A DNA stretch of 64,000 nucleotides, taken from NCBI GenBank assembly GCA_965242525.1, contig OZ251459.1, positions 1,696,001 through 1,760,000 of the forward strand, in the 5' to 3' direction. The position numbers and the translations under genes were made by a program. This stretch comes from an uncultured Candidatus Binatia bacterium (GTDB taxonomy: Bacteria; Desulfobacterota; Binatia; UBA9968; JAJDTQ01). The notes under the pieces are model-generated. The model did no database searches. It was not told the origin of the DNA and worked only from the letters and a program-made list of their open reading frames with translations. This document shows positions 39,370 through 50,104 of this stretch, in pieces; within the stretch, counting starts at the first letter, position 1, and every line of letters starts with the position of its first letter.

Positions 39370-40095
39370 ATGGCGGACACCATACCCCGCATCGTTGACG
39401 AGAACGACCCGGCATTGGAATCGGGAACGGTCGAGTACGGAAGCTGCAAGGGCTACCTGTCGCGTCCCAGGGACGGCGCCGGCCTGGGCTCGGTCATCGT
39501 CATCCATGAGAACGTCGGCTTGGTGGACCACATCCGGGACGTGGCGCGCCGCTTCGCCAAGGAAGGTTTCGCCGCGCTGGCGCCGGACATGCTCCAGCGG
39601 GTGGGCGGCAGCGGACAGTTCCACAAGTCGGAGGACGCCATTGCCGCCATCCGGAGCCTGGACCCCGACGGCTGCGTGGAAGACCTGACCAGCGCCCTCC
39701 GGTACCTGAAGGGCCAGGGTTTCGCCAACGGCAAAGTGGGGGTGGTGGGCTATTGCTGGGGCGGCGGCCAGTCCCTCAACTTCGCCACCCGGTGCAGCGA
39801 CCTGAGCGCCGCGGTGGTGTACTACGGCCGCAACCCCAACCCGCTGGAGCAGGTGGCCAACGTCTCCTGCCCGCTGATGGGGAACTACGCGGAAGACGAT
39901 CCGAACATCGTTCCGGGAATCGAACCCCTCAGGGAGGCGCTGGCCAAGTCCGGCAAGAGCATGGACCTGAAGATCTACCCGGGCGCCAAGCACGCCTTCA
40001 ATAACAACACCAACGCCGACCGCTACCACCCGGAGGCGGCCAGGGACGCCTGGCGGCGCACCGTGGACTTCTACCGGGCCAACCTGTCAGGCTAG
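39370..40095 (+). CDS. Dienelactone hydrolase family protein
   Basis: IHENVG, GYCWGG, YPGAKHAF. Confidence 0.93.
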   Translation: MADTIPRIVDENDPALESGTVEYGSCKGYLSRPRDGAGLGSVIVIHENVGLVDHIRDVARRFAKEGFAALAPDMLQRVGGSGQFHKSEDAIAAIRSLDPDGCVEDLTSALRYLKGQGFANGKVGVVGYCWGGGQSLNFATRCSDLSAAVVYYGRNPNPLEQVANVSCPLMGNYAEDDPNIVPGIEPLREALAKSGKSMDLKIYPGAKHAFNNNTNADRYHPEAARDAWRRTVDFYRANLSG

Positions 40096-40140
40096 ACACC
40101 CGCGGCAGGGACCGCGGGCGGGCTCGCAACCGGACCGCGA

Positions 40141-40734
40141 TCAACTACGGCGGGTCAGGTCGATGGGGATGGCGTCGCGACGGTCGGGCAGTTCCAGGAA
40201 CGTGACACTGTCGTAGAAATCATCCAGCGCGATGAACCTGCCGTTCCGCTCCGCCCATTCCCGCATCCGGCGGTTGCAGCTATTGCGCCAGGACAGCACT
40301 TCGATACGCCAACCGCGGCTATACATCCGTTCCAGGTCGGCGTGAAAACCAACCCCGTCCATGAAGCCGGCGCCGTCGCCGGTGAGCAGGACCGCGATAC
40401 CGGGGTTGCCGTTGTAGTCCAGTGAATCGCGCAGCATGGCGGTCTGGAGCGTCTGGTCCACACCTTGCTCCCGGCCGCCCAGCGCGCCGCGTTCCGATAA
40501 CTGCACGGTGACGCCCTCGTTTTCCAGGCGGTTCCAGACGAGACGCAGTTCCGGGGGCACGGAACCGACGGCGATGGCGTGTTCGATCTCCCGCCCCGCG
40601 TGGGCCAGTTCCAGCAGGTTGCGGAACTGGATGCGTGCGCGGGAACGGGCGCTTTCGCCTTCCCGTTCGGCGGCCTCATGCTGTGCGCCGATGAAGATGT
40701 TGGAGTTGTCCCAGTAGATGAAAACCTTTTCCAT
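40141..40734 (-). CDS. NYN (LabA/DUF88, PIN-like) domain protein
   Basis: YWDNSN, EQGVD, LLTGDG, FIALDDF; alternative start at 40752 created by an 18-bp duplication. Confidence 0.85.
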   Translation of the reverse strand: MEKVFIYWDNSNIFIGAQHEAAEREGESARSRARIQFRNLLELAHAGREIEHAIAVGSVPPELRLVWNRLENEGVTVQLSERGALGGREQGVDQTLQTAMLRDSLDYNGNPGIAVLLTGDGAGFMDGVGFHADLERMYSRGWRIEVLSWRNSCNRRMREWAERNGRFIALDDFYDSVTFLELPDRRDAIPIDLTRRS

Positions 40735-40824
40735 TGCCAAAACCTTTTCCATTGCCGAACCACGGTCGCCGAGGGAGCGCGCCGGCGTCCCCGGCCTCGA
40801 AGACCGGCCGGGGGGAGGAACCCC

Positions 40825-41109
40825 TCAACACTCGTCGGGGTCGAGACAGGCCAGGAGTCGGCGGCGCAGGCCGTTGCGGCCGGGGTCGTCGTAGTGCCGG
40901 ACGCCGAAGTAGTAGCAGCAGCTCTCGTTGTCCAGGTCGTTCTGGAACACGCGGAGCCGGCCGTCCTGGAAACGGATGCGCACGAGACAGGTGCCGCCGG
41001 GCACGTTCGAGGTGACCACCTCCTCCACCACGCCGACGCCCCACTGGCGGTAACGGTCGTGCTTCACTTCGTCCCCGGCCCTCAGGAAGAGTCTCGGATC
41101 ATTGCGCAC
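40825..41109 (-). CDS. DUF3553-like small SH3-fold protein
   Basis: GDEVKH...WGVGVV...VRIRFQDG...CCYYFG; start uncertain. Confidence 0.7.
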   Translation of the reverse strand: MRNDPRLFLRAGDEVKHDRYRQWGVGVVEEVVTSNVPGGTCLVRIRFQDGRLRVFQNDLDNESCCYYFGVRHYDDPGRNGLRRRLLACLDPDEC

Positions 41110-41134
41110 GACCCATCTCCAAGCCCCCCCTCCC

Positions 41135-41617
41135 TCAAGCCCGGTCGGCAACGAAACCGAGCCGCGGGCGCCGGTCGCCGCCGCACGCCAGAGCCAAACC
41201 CAGGGCGCCCGCGGCCACGGGGAAGGAGACGTCCGTGAGCTTCCACGCGATCCCGAGGCCGTCGGCGCCCACGGTCCGGTAGCCGAGGCCCCATTCGAGG
41301 TTCAGGACGTAGAACCAGTTCCAGTAGTACAGGAGGCCGATGACGCAGAAGGCGTAGAACAGCACGTTGGCGCTCAACCGGCTCCACGTGACCGCGTCGC
41401 CGGAAGCCGCTGCGTCCGCCGCACGCTTGCGCGCGTATGCGAACAGGACGCCCAGCACCACCGCAGCCCCGGTGAACCAGTCGATGACGCTCCACCACGG
41501 GATGTACGGGGAGGCCTCCGTGGACTCGTAGATCAGCGGCTCGACGAAACCGAGTATCCCCACCACCAGCGCCATGACGATGAGGTACGCTCCGACGACC
41601 TTCCTGATCGCGTCCAT
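41135..41617 (-). CDS. Hypothetical 4-TM membrane protein
   Basis: GGAGG RBS before MDAIRKVV; four hydrophobic segments. Confidence 0.7.
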   Translation of the reverse strand: MDAIRKVVGAYLIVMALVVGILGFVEPLIYESTEASPYIPWWSVIDWFTGAAVVLGVLFAYARKRAADAAASGDAVTWSRLSANVLFYAFCVIGLLYYWNWFYVLNLEWGLGYRTVGADGLGIAWKLTDVSFPVAAGALGLALACGGDRRPRLGFVADRA

Positions 41618-41706
41618 GCCTCCCTCCTTCCGGCGGCGCCCCCCGTCCATGCCTCCCCCGGACGAGGACCCATGACCCCGTAAGCTAACAGCATCCGGCG
41701 CGCTTC

Positions 41707-42198
41707 TCAACCGGGGAAATCCGGGACACTCGCCAACTCCGCCTCCACGAAGTCCTCCGCCTGCGGGTCCCAGGCATAGACCGCCATCCGGGCCACCGCG
41801 CCCTCCATGACCGAGACCACCATCTGGGCGGCGTCCGGGTAGGCGGGCTCGCCGAAGGGGCTGGCGCAGGCCCTGTCTTCGTCGGAGAAGTAGGCGTCGT
41901 GGTCGGGGTGGGAATGGTAGAACGCCCGGAGGCGCAGCCCGCTCCGTTCCGCCTGCTCCAGGACCGCGGCCAGGGCTCCGGGGTCCATGGTGTAGGCGGT
42001 CCGGGCGTCCCGCGGGAAGGTCTCGGGATCCTTGGCGTGGAGGCGGTTCTGGATGTTGGGGAGCCGGTGGACCTCGTGGACGCGGCGGCCGCGGCCCAGG
42101 ATGACGCCGCAGCACTCCTCCGGCCAGGCATCCCGGGCGTGCGCGGCCACCGCGGCCACGGCCGCTTCGGTCAGTCGGAGTGCGGCGCCGGACTTCAT
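41707..42198 (-). CDS. JAB/Mov34 (M67) metallopeptidase, Mec-like
   Basis: PEECCG and YHSHPDHDAYFSDED JAMM motif. Confidence 0.9.
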   Translation of the reverse strand: MKSGAALRLTEAAVAAVAAHARDAWPEECCGVILGRGRRVHEVHRLPNIQNRLHAKDPETFPRDARTAYTMDPGALAAVLEQAERSGLRLRAFYHSHPDHDAYFSDEDRACASPFGEPAYPDAAQMVVSVMEGAVARMAVYAWDPQAEDFVEAELASVPDFPG

Positions 42199-42228
42199 TC
42201 CACCCCCGGGGCCGGACCGGACAGGCCC

Positions 42229-43443
42229 CTAATCGATGACCCCCTCCCGCGTGAGGGTCTCGAACTCGTGGTCCGGCAGCCCCAGCAACTCGCGGTAGAA
42301 ATAGGCGTTATGCTCGCCCAGCAAGGGGTCCCTTCGGTCCGGACCGCCATCGCTCCCGGACAGGGTGAACGGCGCCCGCTGGTACGACATGACCCCGATC
42401 TCCGGATGTTCCATGGGGTTCCATTGGCCTCGATGCGCGAGCTGCGGGTCCTGGTAAACCTGGTCCATGCGGTTGACCACTCCTGACGGAACGCCCGCGG
42501 CCTGGAGCCGCTCCACCAGGTCCCGGGCCTCGAACCCGCGCGTCCACTCGCCGACCCGGGCCTCCAGCTCGTCCACCCGGGCGCGCCGGGCGGCCGCGGT
42601 GGCGTACTCGTCCCGGCCGCCCCATTCCGGGCGCTCCATGACATGGCACAACCCCCTCCACTGCTCGTCCGAAGCGACGCTGAGGACGCACCAGTGGTCC
42701 TCGCCGGCGCAGGGGAACGCGCCGTGGGGCGCGGCCGTCGGATGGCGGTTGCCGTCGCGCATGGTGACGACGCCGTTGAGGCCGTAGTCCAGCAGCAGCG
42801 GCGCGATGTACTGGAGCCCGGTCTCGTACTGCGCCAAGTCGATGTGCTGCCCGCGGCCGGTGGCGTCCCGGTGCTCCAGCGCGGCCAGCACCGCCACCAC
42901 GCCGTAGCCCACGGCGATGTAGTCGATATACGGGCCGTAGAGGATCTGGGGCGAGCCGTCCCGGTATCCGGTAAGGTTGGTGAAACCGGCCAGCGAGGAA
43001 AGCTGGGAGCCGAAGCCGGGGTGGTGCGCGTGGGGGCCGCTCTGTCCCAGGTTGGAGCTGCTCAACATGACGAGCCGCGGGTTGACCTCCTTCAGGGTCT
43101 CGTACCCCAGGCCCAGACGGCCCATGGTGCCCGGGCTGAAGTTCTCCACCAGGATGTCCGCCCAGCCGGCGATGCGCCGGGCCAGCGCCGTGGCGGCCGG
43201 CCCCTTCTTCAGGTTGAGGGTCACCCCCAGCTTCTCGCTGTTGCACAGCGCGAACAGGCCGGAGCGGTTGAGCCCGTGGACGTTGTCCTTGTACGGGGGG
43301 TAGTGGGTACGGAAACCGTCGGGGCGCACCCGCGACTCCACGTGGACCACGGTGGCGCCCTGGTCCACCAGATGCTTGCCCACCACCGGGCCCGCGGCAT
43401 ACGCGGCGAACTCCGCCACCTTGAGGCCTTCCAGCGCCTTCAT
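42229..43443 (-). CDS. Class III (CaiB/BaiF) CoA-transferase
   Basis: AAGP, ENFSPG, PYID (catalytic Asp), GQHID, LLGEHN. Confidence 0.93.
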   Translation of the reverse strand: MKALEGLKVAEFAAYAAGPVVGKHLVDQGATVVHVESRVRPDGFRTHYPPYKDNVHGLNRSGLFALCNSEKLGVTLNLKKGPAATALARRIAGWADILVENFSPGTMGRLGLGYETLKEVNPRLVMLSSSNLGQSGPHAHHPGFGSQLSSLAGFTNLTGYRDGSPQILYGPYIDYIAVGYGVVAVLAALEHRDATGRGQHIDLAQYETGLQYIAPLLLDYGLNGVVTMRDGNRHPTAAPHGAFPCAGEDHWCVLSVASDEQWRGLCHVMERPEWGGRDEYATAAARRARVDELEARVGEWTRGFEARDLVERLQAAGVPSGVVNRMDQVYQDPQLAHRGQWNPMEHPEIGVMSYQRAPFTLSGSDGGPDRRDPLLGEHNAYFYRELLGLPDHEFETLTREGVID

Positions 43444-43492
43444 GGTCCTCCCGTCCGGGACGGCCGCCGCCGGCCGCCCGTCCTTTCCCGCG

Positions 43493-44752
43493 TCAGATCA
43501 CGCCCCGGTCCCCGAGGCGCGCCAGCTCCTCCGGGTCCAGGCCCAACTCGGCGTATATCTCCCGGTTGTGCTCGCCGATGAGCGGCGCCCTGCGGCGGAT
43601 CCGGCAGGGGAACTCCGAGAACCGCGCGAACCCCCCCGGGTAGGTGATGGAGCGGTCGAGATCGGGATGCTCCACCTCCTGCCAGAACCCCCTCGCCCGG
43701 AGCTGCGGGTCGGCGAGGATCTCCTGGGCGGTGGAGACGGGATAGCCGAGCATGCCGCGCTCGGTCACGGCCTCGAAGAACTCCCGCTTGGTGACGCCCG
43801 CGAAGAACTCGCCGATGGGCTTCTCCATGACGTCGATCTCCTCCTGGGTCACCTGCTCGATGTGGAACGTGCGCCAGTCCTTCCGCAGCAGGAACTCCGG
43901 CGCCGCCCCCTTGTCGGCCATCCATTCCACCAGCGCCTGGTTGGTCTTGCGCCCGGCTTCGCCCCCGTAGATGATGAAGTTGAGGTAGCCGTCCTTGCAG
44001 GGCCAGAACACCCGCATCCTGGCGCCGGTGATGGTGCGCCCGGTCATGAAGGAGCCGGCGCGCTTCTCCAAAGCCCGGTTGAGGTCCCAGAAGGTATGGG
44101 CGTGGGAGAAACCCCAGAGCATGCACGCCTGGGCCGACACGTCCACGTGCTCGCCGCGGCCGGTGCGCTTGCGCTGGGTGTGGGCCACCAGGGCCCCCAT
44201 GGCGGCGTAGGCGCCGGTCCACTGGTAGGACTGGGGAAAGGTCACCCGGAGCGGCGGCCGATCCGGGTCGCCGGTGAGCGACATGCACCCGCTCATGGCC
44301 ATGATCTCGATGTCCGTGGCCCGGTACCGGCTGTAGGGGCCGGTCAGCCCGAAGGGGGTGATGGACACCAGCACCAGCCCGGGGTTGGCCTCCCGGATGG
44401 CCGCATGGCCGAGAGCGATGTCGTCCAGGTAGCCGGGCCGGAAGGTCTCCAGGACGAAGTCCGCCTTCTCCACGAGCCTGCGGAAGAGGTCCTGCCCTTC
44501 CGGGGCTTCGATGTCCAGCGTGATCCCGCGCTTGTTGTTGTTGAAGGCGAACCAGTACAGGCTCTTCTCGGGATCGTTGCCCCCGTCCAGGTACGGCCCG
44601 ATGCGCCGGGCGGCGTCGCCTCCGGGCCGCTCCACCTTGACCACGTCGGCGCCGAGGTCGCCCAGGGTCTTGCCGCAGAGGAAGCCCAGCTCGTCGGTCA
44701 GGTCCAGTACGCGGTAGGGCGCCAGAGGCCCTTGCTGCTCATGCGGCGTCAT
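43493..44752 (-). CDS. Class III (CaiB/BaiF) CoA-transferase, probable non-catalytic partner subunit
   Basis: RVLDL, LGADVVKVE, NKRGITLD, APLIGEHN; no Asp at the position equivalent to PYID (FPQSY). Confidence 0.9.
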   Translation of the reverse strand: MTPHEQQGPLAPYRVLDLTDELGFLCGKTLGDLGADVVKVERPGGDAARRIGPYLDGGNDPEKSLYWFAFNNNKRGITLDIEAPEGQDLFRRLVEKADFVLETFRPGYLDDIALGHAAIREANPGLVLVSITPFGLTGPYSRYRATDIEIMAMSGCMSLTGDPDRPPLRVTFPQSYQWTGAYAAMGALVAHTQRKRTGRGEHVDVSAQACMLWGFSHAHTFWDLNRALEKRAGSFMTGRTITGARMRVFWPCKDGYLNFIIYGGEAGRKTNQALVEWMADKGAAPEFLLRKDWRTFHIEQVTQEEIDVMEKPIGEFFAGVTKREFFEAVTERGMLGYPVSTAQEILADPQLRARGFWQEVEHPDLDRSITYPGGFARFSEFPCRIRRRAPLIGEHNREIYAELGLDPEELARLGDRGVI

Positions 44753-44813
44753 CGACCTGCCGCGGGTCCGTGTTCGCGCTCATCGACGGCTCCGTCCCTC
44801 CCCCGGTTTCGTC

Positions 44814-44843
44814 CGCATAGCCCGCAGGGCCGGGCGTTGTCAA
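44814..44843 (-). promoter_or_regulatory. Putative sigma70 promoter for the CoA-transferase operon
   Basis: Minus strand TTGACA-18 nt-TATGCG. Confidence 0.45.
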
Positions 44844-44853
44844 CATGCGCCCG

Positions 44854-45252
44854 TCACCCGCTGCCGTATTCCACGTAGTTGGACACGCGCCAGCCCGGCC
44901 CCTCCCTGCGCACGCGGACCAGGATCCTTCGGCGGAACTCGTCGGCGCCCTCCGGCCGGACGGTGAGCTCATATACGAACGCGGCGCCCCTGCCCGCTTC
45001 GCGCCGTTCCAGCAGACTGTAATAGACCCGGGGCTTGCGCGTGCCCGTGTCGATGGAGTGCCCCGAAGTCAGCCGGATCCGCTCGTCCACCTTCCGCCGG
45101 GCGAGCCCCACCGTGTAGTCCCGGGACCCGGGCAGGTCGATCTCCACGTAGTGCCGGTCGAGGAACGCCTCCGCGGCGCCCCGGGCCGTGGCGTCGCCGG
45201 CCCCTTCGCAACCCGCCAGGAGCAGTACCACGCACAGCGCGCGCCAAGTCAC
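44854..45252 (-). CDS. Putative lipoprotein
   Basis: Lipobox LLAGC after a short hydrophobic signal; downstream of lspA. Confidence 0.75.
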   Translation of the reverse strand: MTWRALCVVLLLAGCEGAGDATARGAAEAFLDRHYVEIDLPGSRDYTVGLARRKVDERIRLTSGHSIDTGTRKPRVYYSLLERREAGRGAAFVYELTVRPEGADEFRRRILVRVRREGPGWRVSNYVEYGSG

Positions 45253-45430
45253 CCCGCGGGCCTCCTCCCACCGAGGGCCCTCCGGTCTTCCCCTCGGCGC
45301 CGGGCGGCCTCCCGGTCCTCCCGGGGACGCGGCGTCCCCGCCGGCCCTGCGCCCCTGCCGTTGCCCAAGGCCGCATATCGATCCATGAACCGGTCCGCTT
45401 CCCCGCGTCCGCAGTCTCCGGGCTCCACCT

Positions 45431-45931
45431 TCAACCCCGGGTCCGCGCAGGCGCGAACGGGTCCCGGCCCCTGGCCCGGACCATACCGTAAACGCACAAC
45501 GCCGCGCCCACGCAGATGAAGCTGTCCGCCACGTTGAAGGCCGGCCAGTGGTAGCCCTTCCAGTGGACGTCCAGGAAGTCGATCACCTCGCCGTGGAACA
45601 CCCGGTCCACCAGGTTGCCCGCGGCCCCTCCCAGGATGAACGTCAACGCAAGCGCGAGAACCGTATCCGCCTCCGAGAGCCTCCGCAGCAGGTGGACCAC
45701 GAAGGCCATGGCCGCCAGCGAGAAGGCCAGGAGGACGTAGGAGCCCAGGGCCCTGCGCTCGCCGGCCATGAGTCCAAAGGCGGCGCCGGTGTTGCGCACG
45801 TGGGTCAGATCCACCCAGCCCTCGATGACCGGGATCGAGTGGTGGAGCGGGATCATGTGGCCCACCAGGAGCTTGGCGCCCTGGTCGAGCAGCACGATCA
45901 CCGCCAGCAGTGTCGCTATGCGTGTGCGCAT
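45431..45931 (-). CDS. lspA: Lipoprotein signal peptidase II
   Basis: [30 protein letters not shown]; follows ileS. Confidence 0.96.
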   Translation of the reverse strand: MRTRIATLLAVIVLLDQGAKLLVGHMIPLHHSIPVIEGWVDLTHVRNTGAAFGLMAGERRALGSYVLLAFSLAAMAFVVHLLRRLSEADTVLALALTFILGGAAGNLVDRVFHGEVIDFLDVHWKGYHWPAFNVADSFICVGAALCVYGMVRARGRDPFAPARTRG

Positions 45932-48825
45932 TCGGTCTGCGGCAAGGATCGCAACACTTCCGCGCAACGCGGACAGACGCCCGGACGGACCGCGTCCTTC
46001 CCCACGCCGGCGTGGTACTTCCAGCACCGCTCGCACTTTTCGCCGCCCGCGGGATAGACCCCGACGGCTCCGCCCAGAAGCGCGCTGTCGAAGCCCGTGC
46101 CCTGCCCCGCGGGCGCGCTGCGGGAGCGCTTGCCGCCCTCTTCCTCGGCTCCGGGTTCCGGGTACGCCAGCTCGGCCGACGGCGCCCCCGGAACCACCGA
46201 CACCTGCGAGACGATGAAGACGTCCTCCCACGGGGTGGCCGCGGCCCCGCGCAACAGGGCCTGGATGCCCGGGGCCTTGCCGTAGGCGTCCGGATAGAGC
46301 GCCACCCGGGCGTCCAGGGAGTGGCCGATGGCGCCCGATTGACGCGCGGCCTCCAGGGCCTTCAGCACCTCGCCGCGCAGGTCCAGCCGCAAGTCCCATT
46401 CGGCCGCCAACTCCGGGTCGGACCACCTGCCGTCCGGCTGCGGCATGGGCGAGAGCAGTACGCTCTCCCGATGGGGCTCCGTCCGGGGCGCGTGCTCCCA
46501 GATCTCCTCCGCGGTGAACGAGAGGATGGGCGCCATCAGGTGGACCAGGGTTTGCAGGATCCCGTGGAGGGCGGTCTGGGCCGACCTTCGGCTCACCGAG
46601 CCCCGCGCCTCGCAGTAGAGCCGGTCCTTGACGATGTCCAGGTAGAGGGAGCTCAGATCCACGCTGCAATAGTTGTTCAACGCATGATAGACGAGGTGGA
46701 ACTCGAACCGGTCGAAGGCTTCCAGGCACCGCCCCAGCAGCCGGTGGGTGCGGTCGAGGATCCAGCGGTCCAGCGCCTCCATGCCGTCGGGACCCACCGA
46801 GTGGGCGCCCGGGTCGAAGTCGTGGAGGTTGCCGATGAGGAAGCGGGCGGTGTTGCGCAGCCGCCGGTACGACTCCACCAGCCGGTTCAGGATCTCCCCG
46901 GAGATGCGCACGTCGTCCCGGTAGTCCTCCGCGGCCACCCAGAGGCGGATGATGTCGGCGCCGAACTTCCGGGTGATCTCCTGCGGCGCGGTCACGTTGC
47001 CCAGGGACTTGGACATCTTGCGTCCCTTGCCGTCCAGCACGAAACCGTGCGTGAGCACGCCGTCGTAAGGGGCGCGGCCGCGGTTCGCCACCGAGGTCAG
47101 CAGCGAGGTGTGGAACCAGCCCCGGTGCTGGTCGCTGCCTTCGAGGTACAGGTCCGCCCTGCCGCCGAGTTCCGGGCGCCGCTCCACCACCGCGGCATGG
47201 CTCACGCCGGAGTCGAACCAGACGTCCAGGATGTCCTCCTCCCGGGAGAACCGGGTGGAGCCGCAACTCTGGCAGCGGAACCCGGGCGGGGCCAAGTCTT
47301 CCACCGGCCGTCCGAACCAGGCGTCGGACCCTTCCCGCTCGAACAGCCGGGCTGCGTGCTCGCACAGGGCCTCGCTCAACTGCGTCTCGCCACACTCCCG
47401 GCAATAGAGCACGGGGATGGGCACGCCCCAGGAGCGCTGCCGGGAGATGCACCAGTCGGGCCGGTTCGCCAGCATCCCGCTGATGCGGTCCCGTCCCCAG
47501 GGCGGTATCCACTGCACTTGGTGGATGGCGTCCAGGGACCCCTGCCGCAACTCGCCCGCGGCCATGGAGATGAACCACTGCTCGGTGGCGCGGAACAGCA
47601 CCGGCCGCTTGCACCGCCAGCAGTGGGGGTAGCTGTGGTTCATCTCCTCCGACTTGAGCAGGCGCCCATCCTCCTTCAACCTGGCGATGACCCTCGGGTT
47701 GGCGTCGAAGACCATCTCCCCCCGGAACTCGCCGGCTTCCTCGGTGAACCGGCCCCGGGCGTCCACCGGCGCCCAGGCGTCCAGGCCGTACCGCTGGCCC
47801 GCCTCGAAGTCCTCGTGCCCGTGTCCCGGGGCCACGTGGACGCACCCGGTACCCTGCTCCGCGGTGACGAACTCCCCCAGGATGACGGGCGCCTCCCGGT
47901 CCAGCCACGGGTGCGAGCAGACCACGCCTTCCAGGTCCGCCCCGGACCATGAGCCCTCCAGCGCCTCGAACCGTCCGGTGTCGTACCCGAAGGTCTCCAT
48001 CAGCGATGCAACCAGGCCGTCCGCCGCCACCAGCACGCCCGCGGGGGTGCGCACGCGCCGGTACCGCATCTGCGGATGCAATGCGATGGCCTGGTTGGCC
48101 GGCAGCGTCCAGGGCGTGGTGGTCCAGATGGCGAAGGCGCCGTCCGCGTCCCCGGGCAGCTTCCCCCGGGCGTCCCGGACGGGGAACTCCACGTAGATCG
48201 AGGGGGTCGTCTGGTCGTCGTATTCGACCTCGGCTTCGGCCAGCGCGGTGGCGCAGGACGCGCACCAGTACACCGGCCTCTTCCGCCGGTACACGGCGCC
48301 TCTGGCCATGAACTTCCCGAGCTCGCGGACCTCCGCGGCCTCGTACTCGAAGTCGATGGTCCGGTACGGCTCCTGCCACCGGCCCAGCACCCCCAGCCGC
48401 CGGAACTCCTCCCGCTGCACCGAGATGAACTTCTCGGCGTGCGCGCGGCACAGCTTGCGGACCTCCAGCTTGCCGAGACGGTTCTTCTCCTCCCGGCCCA
48501 GGCTCTTCTCCACCTGGAGCTCGATGGGGAGGCCGTGGCAGTCCCAGCCCGGCACGTAAGGCGCGTAGTGGCCCCTCATGCTCTTGTACTTGACGATGAT
48601 GTCCTTGAGGACCTTGTTGAGCGCGTGCCCGATGTGGATGCGCTCGTTGGCGTAGGGCGGACCGTCGTGCAGGATGAACTTCGGACCGCCGCGGTTGGCC
48701 TCCGCCATCTTCCCGTGGATGTCGTCACGCTCCCACTTCTCCACCTGCGCGGGCTCCCTCTGCGGCAGGTTCCCGCGCATGGGAAACGTGGTCCTGGGCA
48801 GGTTGAGCGTGTCCTTGTAGTCCAT
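45916..48825 (-). CDS. ileS: Isoleucine--tRNA ligase
   Basis: [32 protein letters not shown]-terminal CERC...CPRC. Confidence 0.99.
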   Translation of the reverse strand: MDYKDTLNLPRTTFPMRGNLPQREPAQVEKWERDDIHGKMAEANRGGPKFILHDGPPYANERIHIGHALNKVLKDIIVKYKSMRGHYAPYVPGWDCHGLPIELQVEKSLGREEKNRLGKLEVRKLCRAHAEKFISVQREEFRRLGVLGRWQEPYRTIDFEYEAAEVRELGKFMARGAVYRRKRPVYWCASCATALAEAEVEYDDQTTPSIYVEFPVRDARGKLPGDADGAFAIWTTTPWTLPANQAIALHPQMRYRRVRTPAGVLVAADGLVASLMETFGYDTGRFEALEGSWSGADLEGVVCSHPWLDREAPVILGEFVTAEQGTGCVHVAPGHGHEDFEAGQRYGLDAWAPVDARGRFTEEAGEFRGEMVFDANPRVIARLKEDGRLLKSEEMNHSYPHCWRCKRPVLFRATEQWFISMAAGELRQGSLDAIHQVQWIPPWGRDRISGMLANRPDWCISRQRSWGVPIPVLYCRECGETQLSEALCEHAARLFEREGSDAWFGRPVEDLAPPGFRCQSCGSTRFSREEDILDVWFDSGVSHAAVVERRPELGGRADLYLEGSDQHRGWFHTSLLTSVANRGRAPYDGVLTHGFVLDGKGRKMSKSLGNVTAPQEITRKFGADIIRLWVAAEDYRDDVRISGEILNRLVESYRRLRNTARFLIGNLHDFDPGAHSVGPDGMEALDRWILDRTHRLLGRCLEAFDRFEFHLVYHALNNYCSVDLSSLYLDIVKDRLYCEARGSVSRRSAQTALHGILQTLVHLMAPILSFTAEEIWEHAPRTEPHRESVLLSPMPQPDGRWSDPELAAEWDLRLDLRGEVLKALEAARQSGAIGHSLDARVALYPDAYGKAPGIQALLRGAAATPWEDVFIVSQVSVVPGAPSAELAYPEPGAEEEGGKRSRSAPAGQGTGFDSALLGGAVGVYPAGGEKCERCWKYHAGVGKDAVRPGVCPRCAEVLRSLPQTECAHA

Positions 48826-48959
48826 GAGCTTCGTCCCTCACTTGCCGGCAAGCGACTTCCACGGCGCCAGGGAAACCTCGTGAAAGAGTCCGGTTCGGGC
48901 CGGCCAAGCGGGAGTCGGGAGGATGGTCCCTTCCGAAATCCCTCCCGGAAGCCTCTCAA

Positions 48960-49068
48960 GGAAACCCTGAACGATTATCCCGTTCGTCCCGAGCGTAGCG
49001 AAGCGAAGTCGAAGGACGCGCTTTCCCACAGGGAGATGGGGTTCGAACCGGAATCGTTCAGGGTTTCC
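48960..49068. mobile_element. MITE-like element D (subfamily II, 1 unit)
   Basis: Inverted termini GGAAACCCTGAACGATT / AATCGTTCAGGGTTTCC; flanks TCAA/TTAA. Confidence 0.78.
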
Positions 49069-49300
49069 TTAACACAATTAACACAAAGCCGCGCCGGTAG
49101 TCCACGGGAAGGAAGGCCGGGGAAACCGGCTGGATTCACGGACCTCCCTATGGTATGAGAACTCGATTTTCGACGGGATCCCCGCTCGTTTCCCCACCGA
49201 AGAAAGGTCCTGCCTCTCGTTCGTCCCGTACGAGGAGAGATCCCGCGGGGAGGCTCGCTCCGGCATCACCGGGGTCCGGCGCAGCCGAGGAGGAACCTCG

Positions 49301-50071
49301 ATGGCAAACGCGAAGAAGAAGCAGCGCGGGTCCAACGCGCGCGAGCTCGGGCGGCTCAGGAAGACCGTGGCCCGGGCCACGCGCATGCTCTTCCACCAGG
49401 GTCTCGCGGATTACCACGGCCACGTGAGCGCCCGGGTCCCGGGCGCCGACAAGCTGCTCATCAAACCGGTGCTGGCGCCCCTGGGATCCATCCGCAGCAA
49501 GGACATCATGGAGGTGGACATCCGGGAGTACAAGGAGAACTGCGAGGCCAACTGGGCCAGGGCCGGCGACCAGAAGGCCGTCATCCAGCTCAAGATCCCG
49601 CCCCGGGAAACCATGATCCATGCGGCCATCTACGAAGCGCGGCCGGACGTGAACGCGGTGGTCCACACCCATCAACCCCTGGCCACGGCGTTCGCCATCG
49701 CCGGCGTCCCCATCCGCCCCATCTACAACCAGGCTGCGGCCTTCGCCCCCGAAACGCCCGTGTTCCACAGCCCCCGGTTGATCTACACCGTCCGGGACGG
49801 CGTCGAGGTGGCGGCCGCGCTGGCCGACCGCATGGCCGTGCTGATGCAGGGACACGGCGTCACCACCGTGGGGGACAGCGTGGAGCAGGCCGCGTGCCAC
49901 GCGGTTTACCTGGAACGAACCGCGTACATGCAGTGGGTGGCCGGCAGCGTGGGCCGGGCCGTGTCCATGCCGGACCGGAACACCGCCATCATGGCGGCGA
50001 CCAACCGCGGGCGGGCGCACCACGCCTTCGCCTACTTCACCGGCCTCATGCCGGAAGAGATGCAGGACTAG
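49301..50071 (+). CDS. Class II aldolase/adducin family protein (possible decarboxylase)
   Basis: GHVSAR, ETMIHAAIYEARPDV, VHTH, LMQGHG. Confidence 0.9.
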   Translation: MANAKKKQRGSNARELGRLRKTVARATRMLFHQGLADYHGHVSARVPGADKLLIKPVLAPLGSIRSKDIMEVDIREYKENCEANWARAGDQKAVIQLKIPPRETMIHAAIYEARPDVNAVVHTHQPLATAFAIAGVPIRPIYNQAAAFAPETPVFHSPRLIYTVRDGVEVAAALADRMAVLMQGHGVTTVGDSVEQAACHAVYLERTAYMQWVAGSVGRAVSMPDRNTAIMAATNRGRAHHAFAYFTGLMPEEMQD

Positions 50072-50104
50072 GGGTCCGTCCCCCGCGAGAACGGAAGGAG
50101 AACC

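Noticed and set aside
48826-48960. T-box leader for ileS
   Set aside because: The region is short and lacks the T-box consensus and specifier stem; it holds MITE-end-like fragments instead.
49035-49055. tRNA T-arm-like GGGGTTCGAACC (similar motif at ~12870)
   Set aside because: No cloverleaf, anticodon arm or CCA; it is part of the MITE subfamily II tail.
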